IMG/VR virus record: IMGVR_UViG_3300045971_000344 | Location: 62,001-126,000 of that record | Length of the DNA: 64,000 nucleotides | Direction: 5' to 3' (one strand) | Part shown: positions 46,181-56,204 of the stretch, in pieces | Numbering within the stretch: the first letter of the stretch is position 1 | How the letters are laid out: each line of letters opens with the position of its first letter | Translations under genes and position numbers: made by a program | Notes under the pieces: generated by a model | Database searches by the model: none | Told to the model about the DNA's origin: nothing | Seen by the model: the letters and a program-made list of their open reading frames with translations, nothing else

Positions 46181-46653
46181 TACTGAGCGATAAAGCTATT
46201 CAGGAGATACTTGATAAAGCTGTACCTGCTAGTGAGTATGGTGTGTACCCAAGTTACTTTGAAGTTGAGACTATAAATCCAGAAATTATTGCTTGGTTCG
46301 AGGCCATGCACCGAGAACTACACGAAAAGGTAAAAAACTTTTCGGTTCTGAAGAACAATTTTGGTGGCTTAATGGGTATTATTCCTGTTGACTACAATTT
46401 AGTAAAAGATGTAGTAGTGTTTAGCGCAGATTACTGGTTAGAAAATTCAATGGGTTCTAGTTGGACCTTTAAACGAATGGATGTAAGTTTTATCCAAGAA
46501 CAGGTAGATCTAGAAGTTGCAAAGGGCAATGTACCACTATTCATACCCACTGCTTTCCTACCTGCAAGACTTAAAGAAACGATAAAAATACCAGGATTAA
46601 GAAAAATGTATTTTATCAAAAAGGATTTGAATGATGCGAATAACTGTAAATAA
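46177..46653 (+). CDS. hypothetical protein
   Basis: ATGA overlap. Confidence 0.7.
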   Translation: MILSDKAIQEILDKAVPASEYGVYPSYFEVETINPEIIAWFEAMHRELHEKVKNFSVLKNNFGGLMGIIPVDYNLVKDVVVFSADYWLENSMGSSWTFKRMDVSFIQEQVDLEVAKGNVPLFIPTAFLPARLKETIKIPGLRKMYFIKKDLNDANNCK

Positions 46654-47017
46654 GTTGTATGATGAACAATATTTAAAAGAGAACTATAAAAGATTAGACC
46701 TAGACCAGTTTAAGGCGATGTGCAAAAGAAGGATCGGGCGTTCTACTGGAATTGCCCTGCAGTTAGTAGGAAAGGCTATGGTTAATCCAGATAAGAAAAT
46801 TTGGTTATTTGACCATTATGAGGAACCAACTGCCTCAGTGCAGGGCAGAAACATTGCAGAAATAGTTACTAACATAATAGATGAATTAAATATTAGGTTT
46901 ATCAGTTTAAACTATGATGAACACCCAGAAGGAAAAATACCTACATACTATATAATATACGAGCCCTTCACTGATATGGAGTTTTCAGATGAATCAGAAG
47001 CAAACTCAGGACCATAA
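46631..47017 (+). CDS. hypothetical protein with degenerate P-loop-like RRIGRSTG
   Basis: packed ORF. Confidence 0.6.
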   Translation: MMRITVNKLYDEQYLKENYKRLDLDQFKAMCKRRIGRSTGIALQLVGKAMVNPDKKIWLFDHYEEPTASVQGRNIAEIVTNIIDELNIRFISLNYDEHPEGKIPTYYIIYEPFTDMEFSDESEANSGP

Positions 47018-47321
47018 ATTTCAGGTACTAACAGAAGCCATTGGTAAATGTTACCATGACTGGCACGTTCCACCAACTAATTCCTTGAGTCCATACCAAT
47101 GCACTAAATGTGGATTGAAGGTTCCAAATATAAGAGATACCGAAATTGACTTCAATGACTGGACTGGATTCGGCTTATTACTAGCTTGGTGTAGGTCTCA
47201 ATATAAGTTTCACGGGTTACTTAACGATATAACCTTATTGGAACTAAGTACAAAAGAGTTTTCAGACCGAGTATATAGAATAGTATTGGAGGAACGTATT
47301 TATGCGAGTAATAGAGAGTGA
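46989..47321 (+). CDS. hypothetical protein
   Basis: CYHDW...CTKCG. Confidence 0.6.
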   Translation: MNQKQTQDHKFQVLTEAIGKCYHDWHVPPTNSLSPYQCTKCGLKVPNIRDTEIDFNDWTGFGLLLAWCRSQYKFHGLLNDITLLELSTKEFSDRVYRIVLEERIYASNRE

Positions 47322-47601
47322 ACGGACAGTCCATATAGAAGATGGTGGGCAATATTCTGACAGTTATCGACAGACCCTGACCACTGTGCTACTCCAGCTT
47401 TTGAGTTTAAAACGGTACACCAAGGTTCAGCTTGCGGAACTCATGAAGTACGACCCAAAGGTAGTTGATAACTTGGTAGAGGAAGGATTCCGTGGCTTTA
47501 GTTCGCCACAGATTGTTCGAGTCCTCCACATTCTTGGATATGAAGTACAGGTCAAGATAACTGCGATAGAAAAGGAGTCAAAAAATGAAAGTAAATCTTG
47601 A
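47302..47601 (+). CDS. XRE-like HTH protein
   Basis: YTKVQLAELM...FSSPQIVRVLHILGYEVQVKI. Confidence 0.6.
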   Translation: MRVIESERTVHIEDGGQYSDSYRQTLTTVLLQLLSLKRYTKVQLAELMKYDPKVVDNLVEEGFRGFSSPQIVRVLHILGYEVQVKITAIEKESKNESKS

Positions 47602-48145
47602 CAACTACGTTGAACTAGCAACAGCCACAGAGGCACCAGTTACCGAGGAAATGAAAGAACGATTTGTTGGCTCTCTATCAATATTGGAGTCCTTACTCTA
47701 TGACCAAATTACCTTGAGTACAAAACTGGATGTGCTGAAAAAACATTTGTTTTATGGAGCACCGAGACCAGAAGTAGAAGAACATGCAGTAGAATATCTC
47801 CAAGCCGCAAATAGGATTCAGGACGAGCAAGTAATAAGGTTGCTCCATTGTGCAATAGGTCTTGCCACAGAAACAGGTGAGCTTATGGAAGCACTCTATG
47901 AGCATATCTATGGTGGACAGCCATTGGATACAACTAATTGCGGTGAAGAACTTGGTGATGCAGGTTGGTACATAGGGATTGGCTGTTCAGCTTTGAGACT
48001 TCCTCTGATCCAGATGTTACAGACCAACCATGATAAACTAGCACTGAGATTTCCTCAGAGATTCACACAATTTCACGCTGAGGAAGTAAACAGAAATCGG
48101 GAGGCAGAGCGTAAGCTTTTGGAGGACTCGAATGTTACTCCATAA
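47585..48145 (+). CDS. MazG-like NTP pyrophosphohydrolase
   Basis: GLATETGELME...EELGDAGWY...NHDKLALRFP. Confidence 0.85.
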   Translation: MKVNLDNYVELATATEAPVTEEMKERFVGSLSILESLLYDQITLSTKLDVLKKHLFYGAPRPEVEEHAVEYLQAANRIQDEQVIRLLHCAIGLATETGELMEALYEHIYGGQPLDTTNCGEELGDAGWYIGIGCSALRLPLIQMLQTNHDKLALRFPQRFTQFHAEEVNRNREAERKLLEDSNVTP

Positions 48146-48401
48146 TTTGATAATACCATCCCTAGTTTGCTTATCCTTGTTAATAGGATTTTGTTGCGCC
48201 TTAATCATCTTTGCTGAAAAGAGAGTGACTGTAGGTATCCTCCTAGTTTCAGTTCTTGGCTTTTTATTTACTGTGCCTATGTTAATTGCTACCTTGCTAT
48301 CACTAGCTGTGGTCCAGGTATACTACATGATAAAGGAAAGGCAGCCTCCAGGTATATGTAGAATCTTGAGTAGGGAAATATTTTCTTGGAGACATTTATG
48401 A
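48132..48401 (+). CDS. hypothetical membrane protein
   Basis: two hydrophobic helices. Confidence 0.6.
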   Translation: MLLHNLIIPSLVCLSLLIGFCCALIIFAEKRVTVGILLVSVLGFLFTVPMLIATLLSLAVVQVYYMIKERQPPGICRILSREIFSWRHL

Positions 48402-49120
48402 ATCTTATAAACCTTCATGCTCATTCAAAGTTTTCGGATGGACATTCTACAGTCAAGGAAATGGCAGAGACTTGTAGGTCACTCAAACATTCTGCCTGTG
48501 TCTTGACCGACCACTTGTATTCCAAACGAGAACCAAAGGTATACACAAACGCAGGAACAAGTCCAGATTTTTCACTTAACCTCCAAACATGGGCCGCACA
48601 AAAGTTTGAAGCCGCAGATGTTGAGCAAGAACTAGGATATCCAGTTATTTGTGGAGTAGAAGTAGCAGTAGCAGAAACTGGAGAAGAGGTGGTAGTAATC
48701 GGGACTTCTGCTATAGATATGCTGTTTAAAATCAGAGAGCGAAAATTTAGAATTGACATAGAGAACTTAAAGGGTTTGAGAAAAAACTTTGAGTGTGTTA
48801 TCAACTTGTGTCATCCAGGTGACGGCGAAAAGTTCAGGACCGAGGGTGGGGTCTCTATACTTTCGGCTTATGAGTTTATACACACGGGTAGCCCAATGTT
48901 TACTCACCGTGAAGACCCCTACGAAAGCTCTGGACTTGTTCAACTCTGCAACAGTGATGCCCACCATGCTCGACTCCTATATCGCTGTGCCAATCGAACA
49001 GAGATCCCACTTACTACAGAGACCGATATTATTCGGTATATAAAGGCTAAACTTCCTATAGGTTTTCATATTGAACCACATCGACCAACAAAAGAAATAT
49101 TTGCAAACGAGGTGTTCTAA
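48386..49120 (+). CDS. PHP-family phosphoesterase
   Basis: LHAHSKFSDG, LTDH, GVE, HP, NSDAH. Confidence 0.88.
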   Translation: METFMNLINLHAHSKFSDGHSTVKEMAETCRSLKHSACVLTDHLYSKREPKVYTNAGTSPDFSLNLQTWAAQKFEAADVEQELGYPVICGVEVAVAETGEEVVVIGTSAIDMLFKIRERKFRIDIENLKGLRKNFECVINLCHPGDGEKFRTEGGVSILSAYEFIHTGSPMFTHREDPYESSGLVQLCNSDAHHARLLYRCANRTEIPLTTETDIIRYIKAKLPIGFHIEPHRPTKEIFANEVF

Positions 49121-49308
49121 TGGCTAACGAAACTACTCACGAATTTAGGATATACCAGGGCCAGACGCAGGTAACGGTCAAGCTAGATAACAAAAGAACC
49201 TGGGTATTCAGACATAATAGAGGTAAGGTAAGACGTAAAATGGTACGGAAGTTTTTTAAATCTGTACAAGGACATTTTGAGGAGTTTGTCAATGGAACTA
49301 ACGGATGA
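49120..49308 (+). CDS. hypothetical protein
   Basis: TAATG overlap. Confidence 0.55.
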   Translation: MANETTHEFRIYQGQTQVTVKLDNKRTWVFRHNRGKVRRKMVRKFFKSVQGHFEEFVNGTNG

Positions 49309-49422
49309 CCAAAGAGGTATATTGGATAAAATAAAATTTTGTGCTGGAGAAACGTCAACAAACGAGGTATTGATTTTAAACTGGTACTTGGTACTACCTT
49401 TTGGAGAATTTAGGAGGATCCA

Positions 49423-49821
49423 ATGATTAGAGCAACCTGTACTTGGGGCGAAGGCACGGATGTACTATTGGTCATAGAAGACCATATAGTAGTAGCGCAT
49501 GAGGAACAAATTTTAAGAGATAAGTTTACTCACGGTGCTATTAAGCGTGGGTCAGCTGATTTAACAGTAGACCAAGCAGAGTCCTTGGGCCATCAGTTAT
49601 TAAACGCAGTTCAAGCATGTAGGGAACTTGATAAATCCGCCGAAGAGTATTTTAAAATGAATCAGGGTCAAGACCCTCAACAGATTGAACTCATAGAAGT
49701 ACCGAGTAATCCAGAGGTAAAAGAACTTAATGAGGCTGTAAGTTACTTCGAGACCAAAGTAAAAGAAGCATTTGAACTACCTAAACCAAGACCAAAGAAT
49801 AGCTGGGAGCCACTCCAATGA
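49423..49821 (+). CDS. hypothetical protein
   Basis: AGGAGG RBS. Confidence 0.7.
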   Translation: MIRATCTWGEGTDVLLVIEDHIVVAHEEQILRDKFTHGAIKRGSADLTVDQAESLGHQLLNAVQACRELDKSAEEYFKMNQGQDPQQIELIEVPSNPEVKELNEAVSYFETKVKEAFELPKPRPKNSWEPLQ

Positions 49822-50270
49822 CATGGTCCGAGGGTGATATAAATCCAAAGCACTTTGAGTTCATTATCCGAATACTTTTAACGGTTTTGATTATAGTAAT
49901 ATCGGCAGGGCTTCTTGCAGGTATAGTTTATACTGCATACGATTTGAGATTAATCTGGACAAAAAATTTCTATGTAGGTTTTAAAACGGTCATGGTAAAT
50001 GTCCTGACTCTTTTGGGGGTATTAGAAGCATTAAGAACTGTCTTGGCATATTATTCAGAAGGGCGGGTCCGAATAACTTTATTAGTAGATGCAGTACTTG
50101 TAACTATTCTTTCGGAACTACTTGCGTTCTGGTACAAGGAAATGGATTGGGAACGAATACTGATGATGATATGTTTGGCCTTAACACTTTCGGTAATAAG
50201 AGTACTAGCAGTTAGATTTAGTCCTCGACCAGTAGACCATAAACATCCCCATCCACATAACGGAAATTAA
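49818..50270 (+). CDS. PsiE-like (phosphate-starvation-inducible) membrane protein
   Basis: four TM helices; LEALRTVLAYY..GRVRITLLVDAVLV. Confidence 0.7.
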   Translation: MTWSEGDINPKHFEFIIRILLTVLIIVISAGLLAGIVYTAYDLRLIWTKNFYVGFKTVMVNVLTLLGVLEALRTVLAYYSEGRVRITLLVDAVLVTILSELLAFWYKEMDWERILMMICLALTLSVIRVLAVRFSPRPVDHKHPHPHNGN

Positions 50271-50281
50271 AGGAGGAACAA

Positions 50282-50509
50282 ATGGTAATATTTAGTGAGT
50301 GTCCACAATGTAAGGGAAGTCACACCGTAAAAATTAACAAGGATATCTCCCTAGTAGAGAGAAAGACAAAGTTCAAGCGTGAAGTGGTTTGTAATACAGA
50401 AGGTTGCGGTGCTATGTATTTAATATCGGTCAGAATAAAGGCGAGGTTGATTATTCCAGATTCAGAAGCAGTAGAAGAAACTGGGGATGACAATGGGAAT
50501 GACGCATAG
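50282..50509 (+). CDS. small Zn-ribbon protein, paralog of 3531..3746
   Basis: MVIFSECPQC...KAR. Confidence 0.75.
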   Translation: MVIFSECPQCKGSHTVKINKDISLVERKTKFKREVVCNTEGCGAMYLISVRIKARLIIPDSEAVEETGDDNGNDA

Positions 50510-50669
50510 TGATATAGCACTGGCTTTAAGTATTTCAATAGATCAAGTGTATAGACTTGAGGAACGGGCCTTGAGAAAACTCAAGGCCAGTGGTGACTAT
50601 AAGAAATTACAGGAATTTTTGGTCCGTGAGAAATCAGAAGATAACGTTGACCCATCAATTTACGACTAA
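50487..50669 (+). CDS. stand-alone sigma70 region-4 HTH protein
   Basis: MTHSDIALALSISIDQVYRLEERALRKLK. Confidence 0.75.
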   Translation: MTMGMTHSDIALALSISIDQVYRLEERALRKLKASGDYKKLQEFLVREKSEDNVDPSIYD

Positions 50670-50860
50670 CAGGAGCTACAGATGAAGACCGGAATAATAA
50701 CGATAGAACTTGAGCTATATGGATCTGATGAAGAACTAGGTCCAACGGAAATAGATGCCAAGTTAAAGGAACTTCTTAATAAGTTTGAAGACCAATGTAG
50801 GCAGCAATCTTGGGTTAAAGATATTTACGACAGCTCTTACGAAACACAGGAGGACTGACC

Positions 50861-51151
50861 GTGAAAGAAATAACTATGGTAATGGTAAAGCAACCTAAGC
50901 TACTAAAAACCTTTTGTGATCTTTGTGGCACAGAGCAAATTGGAGGTACTTGGACTAATGATGGAATAGTTAAGGCTAACCTTGAACGAGAGGTCAAAAT
51001 AAAATATAAGGAACTAATTTCTGACCCAGATGGCGGCGGTGAATCTCATACTTATGAACTTGATATTTGCCCCACTTGTTTCTTGACCAAGGTCAAGCCA
51101 ATGCTAGAACAATTAGGTGCAAAGGTTGAAGTAAAGACCGTAATATTTTAG
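50861..51151 (+). CDS. hypothetical protein
   Basis: GGAGG RBS; CDLC...CPTC. Confidence 0.65.
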   Translation: MKEITMVMVKQPKLLKTFCDLCGTEQIGGTWTNDGIVKANLEREVKIKYKELISDPDGGGESHTYELDICPTCFLTKVKPMLEQLGAKVEVKTVIF

Positions 51152-51334
51152 ATGGAGACCGTGATGCCAAAAACTGATTTGTCCGATAGTGAAATCGCTA
51201 CCTTAATCCTGATCCGGCTTGAAGCTATACGGGATAAGAAATATGCGTCTAACCGAATGGCAGCCCAGGCATTACTTGACGCAATCAAAGACTGTAAAAT
51301 AATAAAGAACAGAGACCGAGGACAAAATGAGTGA
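51152..51334 (+). CDS. hypothetical protein
   Basis: packed ORF. Confidence 0.5.
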   Translation: METVMPKTDLSDSEIATLILIRLEAIRDKKYASNRMAAQALLDAIKDCKIIKNRDRGQNE

Positions 51335-51499
51335 TAGTCAAAATCCGTTTCACGACCATTTAGATATATGCGAACAGTGTAGAAACCATCCATTTGGTCT
51401 ATGTAAGGTAGGTATGAATATAATACAGAATATGGTGCTCAGTAAAGGGGCATCAGCTACTATCAACCTTGACCCTAATAAAATTCCAAGGAGTTTCAA

Positions 51500-52039
51500 A
51501 TGAGTAATTTAAGTTTAATAGGCATGGCACAGTTGATGGAAGTAATCAGACTTGCTAGGACAACACCAGTAGAGGGTATAATTGTAGAAGTAGGAGTTTA
51601 TAAAGGTGGATCAGCAATAGAGTTGTTAAAGGTTGCAAAAGAACGCGGTCAAGAGCTCTGGCTATTCGATACTTTTAGTGGTATGCCAGAATCAACAGCA
51701 GGTTTAGACCACCACAGGATAGGGGAGTTCTCTGACTGTAGTGTAGAAGCAGTAAGGGCATTAGTACCAGAAGCCAGAATTTTTAAAGGATTCTTTCCTG
51801 ATACTTGGAACTCCGAGGTAACAGAACTACCTAAAATTAGTTTTGCCCACATTGACTGTGACCAGTATGTTTCTATTTCAAACTGCATAAAGATTTTTAA
51901 ACCGCTTATGCTTAAGGGAGGAATAATGTGGTTTGATGATTACGGTCAACCTTGGTTGCCAGGGGCTACTAAAGCAGTAGAAGAACAGTTACCTGAAAGA
52001 ATTGTCCACCCTATGGGCAGAGCGTATTATATTTTCTGA
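51500..52039 (+). CDS. TylF/MycF-like O-methyltransferase
   Basis: VEVGVYKGGS, LFDTFSGMP, KGFFPDT, AHIDCDQY, FDDYG. Confidence 0.88.
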   Translation: MSNLSLIGMAQLMEVIRLARTTPVEGIIVEVGVYKGGSAIELLKVAKERGQELWLFDTFSGMPESTAGLDHHRIGEFSDCSVEAVRALVPEARIFKGFFPDTWNSEVTELPKISFAHIDCDQYVSISNCIKIFKPLMLKGGIMWFDDYGQPWLPGATKAVEEQLPERIVHPMGRAYYIF

Positions 52040-52167
52040 GGAGTTTCAAATGAGTATGGTCCAAATATTGTATGCTCTTGGAATAACTATCGGGCTTGTA
52101 TTAGGATTTGCAGCAATAATAGCATTGATTCTTACATATGTGCTAAGTAATAAAAAGGAGGATTAGG

Positions 52168-52380
52168 ATGAAAATATATTACGATGGACATACAGATGAT
52201 GAGGTAGTAGCATATCTTAAATCAATGGGAATCCCGCCAAATATAGTGGTCGAAGTTAATGAACAGCAGTTGTATGAGATAATTGAAAAGTCAAAAGTCA
52301 TCTTGACCTTCGGCTATGAGTATGGACGTAGTAGTGAACTAAAAGATGTAGTAGTTATTGGGCACCCTTATGACTTTTAG
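52168..52380 (+). CDS. hypothetical protein
   Basis: GGAGG RBS. Confidence 0.6.
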   Translation: MKIYYDGHTDDEVVAYLKSMGIPPNIVVEVNEQQLYEIIEKSKVILTFGYEYGRSSELKDVVVIGHPYDF

Positions 52381-52404
52381 TCCTGATCCTGACAAGGAGA
52401 AATT

Positions 52405-52614
52405 ATGAGTAGGAAAACCGGGACCAAATGGAAGACCAGTGAGTGTGGACGTTGCGGAGAACCGCATGAAGGTTATAGTGGTAAACTAAATGCGGAGAAC
52501 GTAGAATACGTTGTCTGTGGTATAACTGGTAAGCCGATGGTAGTCAATACTGAGTTAGCCTATGGAAATAGTTTTGCATTTCCAACCTACTGGACAAAAG
52601 AAGAACCAGAATGA
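52405..52614 (+). CDS. hypothetical Zn-binding protein
   Basis: AAGGAG RBS; CGRCG..H. Confidence 0.65.
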   Translation: MSRKTGTKWKTSECGRCGEPHEGYSGKLNAENVEYVVCGITGKPMVVNTELAYGNSFAFPTYWTKEEPE

Positions 52615-52788
52615 ATACCCTCTTGTACTTCATAACGCTTTGTGTATGGACCATATTTTGTCTAGTTCTATGGGCCACCATAAAAGATTTAATATATCAG
52701 GAGTTTGAGGAAAATGCAAGGTCACATATAACGGCAATCATTATTTGCTGTCTGTGGCTTATAAGCTATTACTACTGAGGAGAATCCG

Positions 52789-53310
52789 ATGAAAATAAAA
52801 GTAAGTATAGAGACCTCAGCAGGAGGTAAAAAAGGAATTAAATTTTTATTATCAAACGGTGGTAAACAGGTACAATTCAAGAAATTACCTACCAATCATA
52901 AACTAGCTATTTTGGTCTATATGATAGAGTCCGATATGGAAGTTCCAACTGGATTTAAATATGGATCTTCAATAAAAACCTATCTAAATTCCTGTAAAGC
53001 TAATATGGAATTTTTTGACTCTACTTACGGTTATAAAAAGTTTATTATCGCTGATGTTCCTATAAAGGTAATAGAAAAGGTTTTGCTTCCAACTATTGAT
53101 GACCGTCTTAATTCAATTGAAGACTACTATAAATTTTATACTGGAGGTAAAAAATTAGGATCTGAGTATAAAGAACTTGACTGGCCTTGCATAATAAGTG
53201 GGTTTTTCCCTGAAGAAGTTTTTGAAGATGGATGGCATAGGTTTAGCTATTATTTGAGTAAGAAACTTCAAAAAATTCCTTGCATAGATTTTGTAGAACC
53301 GTTTTTATGA
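52789..53310 (+). CDS. hypothetical protein (MKIKVSIETSA N-terminus)
   Basis: GAGGAG RBS. Confidence 0.75.
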   Translation: MKIKVSIETSAGGKKGIKFLLSNGGKQVQFKKLPTNHKLAILVYMIESDMEVPTGFKYGSSIKTYLNSCKANMEFFDSTYGYKKFIIADVPIKVIEKVLLPTIDDRLNSIEDYYKFYTGGKKLGSEYKELDWPCIISGFFPEEVFEDGWHRFSYYLSKKLQKIPCIDFVEPFL

Positions 53311-53334
53311 TCTAAACTAAAACTGGAGAACCCA

Positions 53335-54123
53335 ATGATATACTATTGTGAAAGCTGTCAGACTGTAAGCAAGGTCAAATTGCTGACCCAACATAAACTT
53401 ACTTGCACTGATAATACGGTAATTGAATTCCAGGATATTCATGATTATACCTCGTACTGGATTGAAGAAGAACAGAAACTAAGATATGAAATTAGTATGC
53501 ACTCGACCATGAGAAAACAGGCAGAGCTTCAATTAGAACGTGCGATTAAGAAAATCCGAAAGACAATGAAGAGTCAAGCACTCAATCTGGAGCAATATTT
53601 ATCAAGGGTCGTAATAAAAGATGAGATTAAGGTCCAATTCGACCAAGAGGATGAAGATATAGAATACAGTCTAGGAGTTAAACCCATAAACTGTCAGGAC
53701 CAAGGTGGTATTCCTATTTATGAGGAGGCTAGTATTGGAGTACCAACATACCTTCCTCCTACCGGACACTGGACGAAGGATATCCAAAACCGAAGCCAAT
53801 ATGAAGGACAAACAGTAGACTCTCGCTGGGTAGAACCTAGACTTCCGGACTTTGATACCATTATGAAAATCGGTAGATCGTGCGGTTACTCAATTGCAAT
53901 ACACGGGTCACTTAAGCGTGATGTAGACCTTATTGCAGTTCCTTGGGTTGATGAAGCAAAAGGTGCTTTGAGTCTTATTCATGCTTTATGTGAAGGCCTA
54001 AATGCTAAACAAATAGGAACTGTTGAAGAAAAGCCGTGGGGACGCATGGCTGTAGTCATACAAATAGATGGTTATTATAAACCTATTGACTTGTCTATTA
54101 TACGAAAAGGAGTACCAGGATGA
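53335..54123 (+). CDS. mosaic protein with C-terminal nucleotidyltransferase-like HGS..RDVD motif
   Basis: GYSIAIHGSLKRDVDLIAVPW. Confidence 0.6.
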   Translation: MIYYCESCQTVSKVKLLTQHKLTCTDNTVIEFQDIHDYTSYWIEEEQKLRYEISMHSTMRKQAELQLERAIKKIRKTMKSQALNLEQYLSRVVIKDEIKVQFDQEDEDIEYSLGVKPINCQDQGGIPIYEEASIGVPTYLPPTGHWTKDIQNRSQYEGQTVDSRWVEPRLPDFDTIMKIGRSCGYSIAIHGSLKRDVDLIAVPWVDEAKGALSLIHALCEGLNAKQIGTVEEKPWGRMAVVIQIDGYYKPIDLSIIRKGVPG

Positions 54124-54320
54124 AAGCATTAAGCAATATTCTTATTTATGGCGGATTGCTCTTAGGGTTTTCCTCGATTATTGCCCTAATAAGTTTTTAT
54201 GTAAAAGACATACGGTGTATCGTAGGTTTGCACTTATGGACATTGAGAGGAGACTTTTGGCTAATAGACTCACCTCCACCATCTGCAAAATGTAAGCGAT
54301 GCGGAGTTACCCATGGATAG
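54120..54320 (+). CDS. small membrane protein
   Basis: TM helix; C..G.H.W...C.RCG. Confidence 0.6.
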   Translation: MKALSNILIYGGLLLGFSSIIALISFYVKDIRCIVGLHLWTLRGDFWLIDSPPPSAKCKRCGVTHG

Positions 54321-54335
54321 ATCTAGGAAGTTACG

Positions 54336-54572
54336 GTGCTCAAGATATTGCGTCTTGACTGTGATATGGATGGTAATAAAACGAAAGGAAATTTTATGAA
54401 TACGAGCAACGCTCTGGATAGATTTAATCCTCTACTTGGCACAGACGAAGAACCGATCTTATGCCTCAGATGTAAAGCATTTTTGAAAAAATGCACCTGT
54501 CTAACACCTGAACTTCGATGTGATCCATTAAAACATAAACTAAATTGCGCGTGTAAGTCACTAATAAATTAA
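54336..54572 (+). CDS. hypothetical Cys-rich protein (start probably 54397)
   Basis: AAAGGA RBS. Confidence 0.5.
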   Translation: MLKILRLDCDMDGNKTKGNFMNTSNALDRFNPLLGTDEEPILCLRCKAFLKKCTCLTPELRCDPLKHKLNCACKSLIN

Positions 54573-54597
54573 AAGGAGAATAAATTGGAGGTGTATA

Positions 54598-55050
54598 ATG
54601 AGTACTAATTTCAATGCGGAACGCTTATTCGCTGAACCTTGTGCTAACTGTGGTCATCCTGCTGATGCACACTCAGGAACTTGCAGGTATCCAATGTGGG
54701 ATACTGAACCAGGGCCAAGAGAAACTGAAATCAGTATCGATGGGACAGATAGGGAATGTGGCTGCCCTGAGTTCAAGGGTATCGGGTATGGTATCCCAGA
54801 CCTTTACGTTCTTAACGCAGAAGTAGTGCCGTTTGACCCAACACAAGACCAGTCAGTGGTACTTACCCAAAATGGTCCTGATATACAAGAGCAGTCAGTA
54901 ATATTTACGTTCGAGGGTTCAGGTGAAATGCTGAAAATCACACCCAATGGTTTTTATGTCAGAGGCTCTAAAGTACTACTTGATGAGAATGAAGCCCTAA
55001 CAGTGTATACCGCGTTCAAGGAGTGGATGGACAGAGTGAGGACTTTATGA
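54598..55050 (+). CDS. hypothetical protein
   Basis: GGAGG RBS. Confidence 0.7.
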   Translation: MSTNFNAERLFAEPCANCGHPADAHSGTCRYPMWDTEPGPRETEISIDGTDRECGCPEFKGIGYGIPDLYVLNAEVVPFDPTQDQSVVLTQNGPDIQEQSVIFTFEGSGEMLKITPNGFYVRGSKVLLDENEALTVYTAFKEWMDRVRTL

Positions 55051-55289
55051 AGTCTGAGGATACAATTTCGGGATTTACAAGTCCTACAGATTACCAGTTT
55101 ACACTCTCAGGTTTACTTGGACGAATAGAAACTCATAGGTTACTGCAGGACATACGTGTAGAACCTTTTGAAGACCCTGACCCGAAGAAGGAAGCAAAGT
55201 CGAAAAAGATTTCAGTTCCTAAATTGATTAAGACCAAGATTCCAACTAGAGAAGGATATAAAGCGCGTAAAGAATACTGGAGGTCTTAG
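55023..55289 (+). CDS. hypothetical protein
   Basis: packed ORF. Confidence 0.55.
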   Translation: MDGQSEDFMKSEDTISGFTSPTDYQFTLSGLLGRIETHRLLQDIRVEPFEDPDPKKEAKSKKISVPKLIKTKIPTREGYKARKEYWRS

Positions 55290-55458
55290 TGGTTAGTTAT
55301 ACAATTTCTGGCCCACAAGTAAAGTTAGTAGAGGATTCTGTAAATAGAATACGAAAGGCCCTTGGTAATAGGCCACAGTCCAAGACCGAGGTTTCAGAAA
55401 TTCATTCTATGTGTAATATGATAATGAGTCAGTTGTTGGTGGTCAAGGGAGAACACGA

Positions 55459-55677
55459 ATGAAATTTAAGACCGCAGTAAAGACGTGGCCTAGTTTTATT
55501 ACCAAGACCGGACGAATACATTTTGTTCGTTCATTTTATCGAACACTTGATAATAAGGTAAAGGGGAGCGGTATTTGCGGAACCCAGGTATACGGGTCCT
55601 TCAATCTAGAAAACAAACTGACTGGTATAAGTGCATATTGCCCACACTGTTTGGAAACAATGGAGGCAACTAAATGA
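55459..55677 (+). CDS. hypothetical protein
   Basis: GGGAG RBS. Confidence 0.6.
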   Translation: MKFKTAVKTWPSFITKTGRIHFVRSFYRTLDNKVKGSGICGTQVYGSFNLENKLTGISAYCPHCLETMEATK

Positions 55678-56183
55678 ATGATAACTTCATAAATGTTAAT
55701 AGTCCCACTGAGAGTAGATATTGTGATATCTGTGGGCACACTGGATGGGTCAACACGCCATTTTACAAGGAAGGTATTATGAACCGGCAGCGATGTGAGT
55801 GTAACCCTATTATGCAGGTCACTAAACAGCAACTGGATAAGGTTAGGGAGGAGTCAGAAGTAGACCTAGAGCCCGAGTGTAATCCATGTACCTGTGATGC
55901 TGGTCTTTCTCGTTGTGTATGCACCACTACATTTGACGAGGATCTAGATTTACTCCGGAATAAGGTCCGACTTGAGTATTCAAAGATCTGTGAGGAACAA
56001 ATAACACCAGACTGGTATTCAGTTCTCTGCGTAAAAGCCGATGTGATTCAGAAAATGGGACTCTCTGAGTTCAAGCAGTTAATAGAAGACTGGGAATTAG
56101 GACAAGCAGTAAGGACCCATTTTAAACAGGGTTCGACACAAATGTTGTTACGGTCTGATGTAGACCGATATTTAAGAGAATAG
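55674..56183 (+). CDS. hypothetical Cys-rich protein
   Basis: ATGA overlap. Confidence 0.65.
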   Translation: MNDNFINVNSPTESRYCDICGHTGWVNTPFYKEGIMNRQRCECNPIMQVTKQQLDKVREESEVDLEPECNPCTCDAGLSRCVCTTTFDEDLDLLRNKVRLEYSKICEEQITPDWYSVLCVKADVIQKMGLSEFKQLIEDWELGQAVRTHFKQGSTQMLLRSDVDRYLRE

Positions 56184-56204
56184 GGAAAGGGAGGTCAGAC
56201 CAGT

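Noticed and set aside
46631-47017. Terminase or helicase call from RRIGRSTG
   Set aside because: Only 128 aa and no Walker B; too weak
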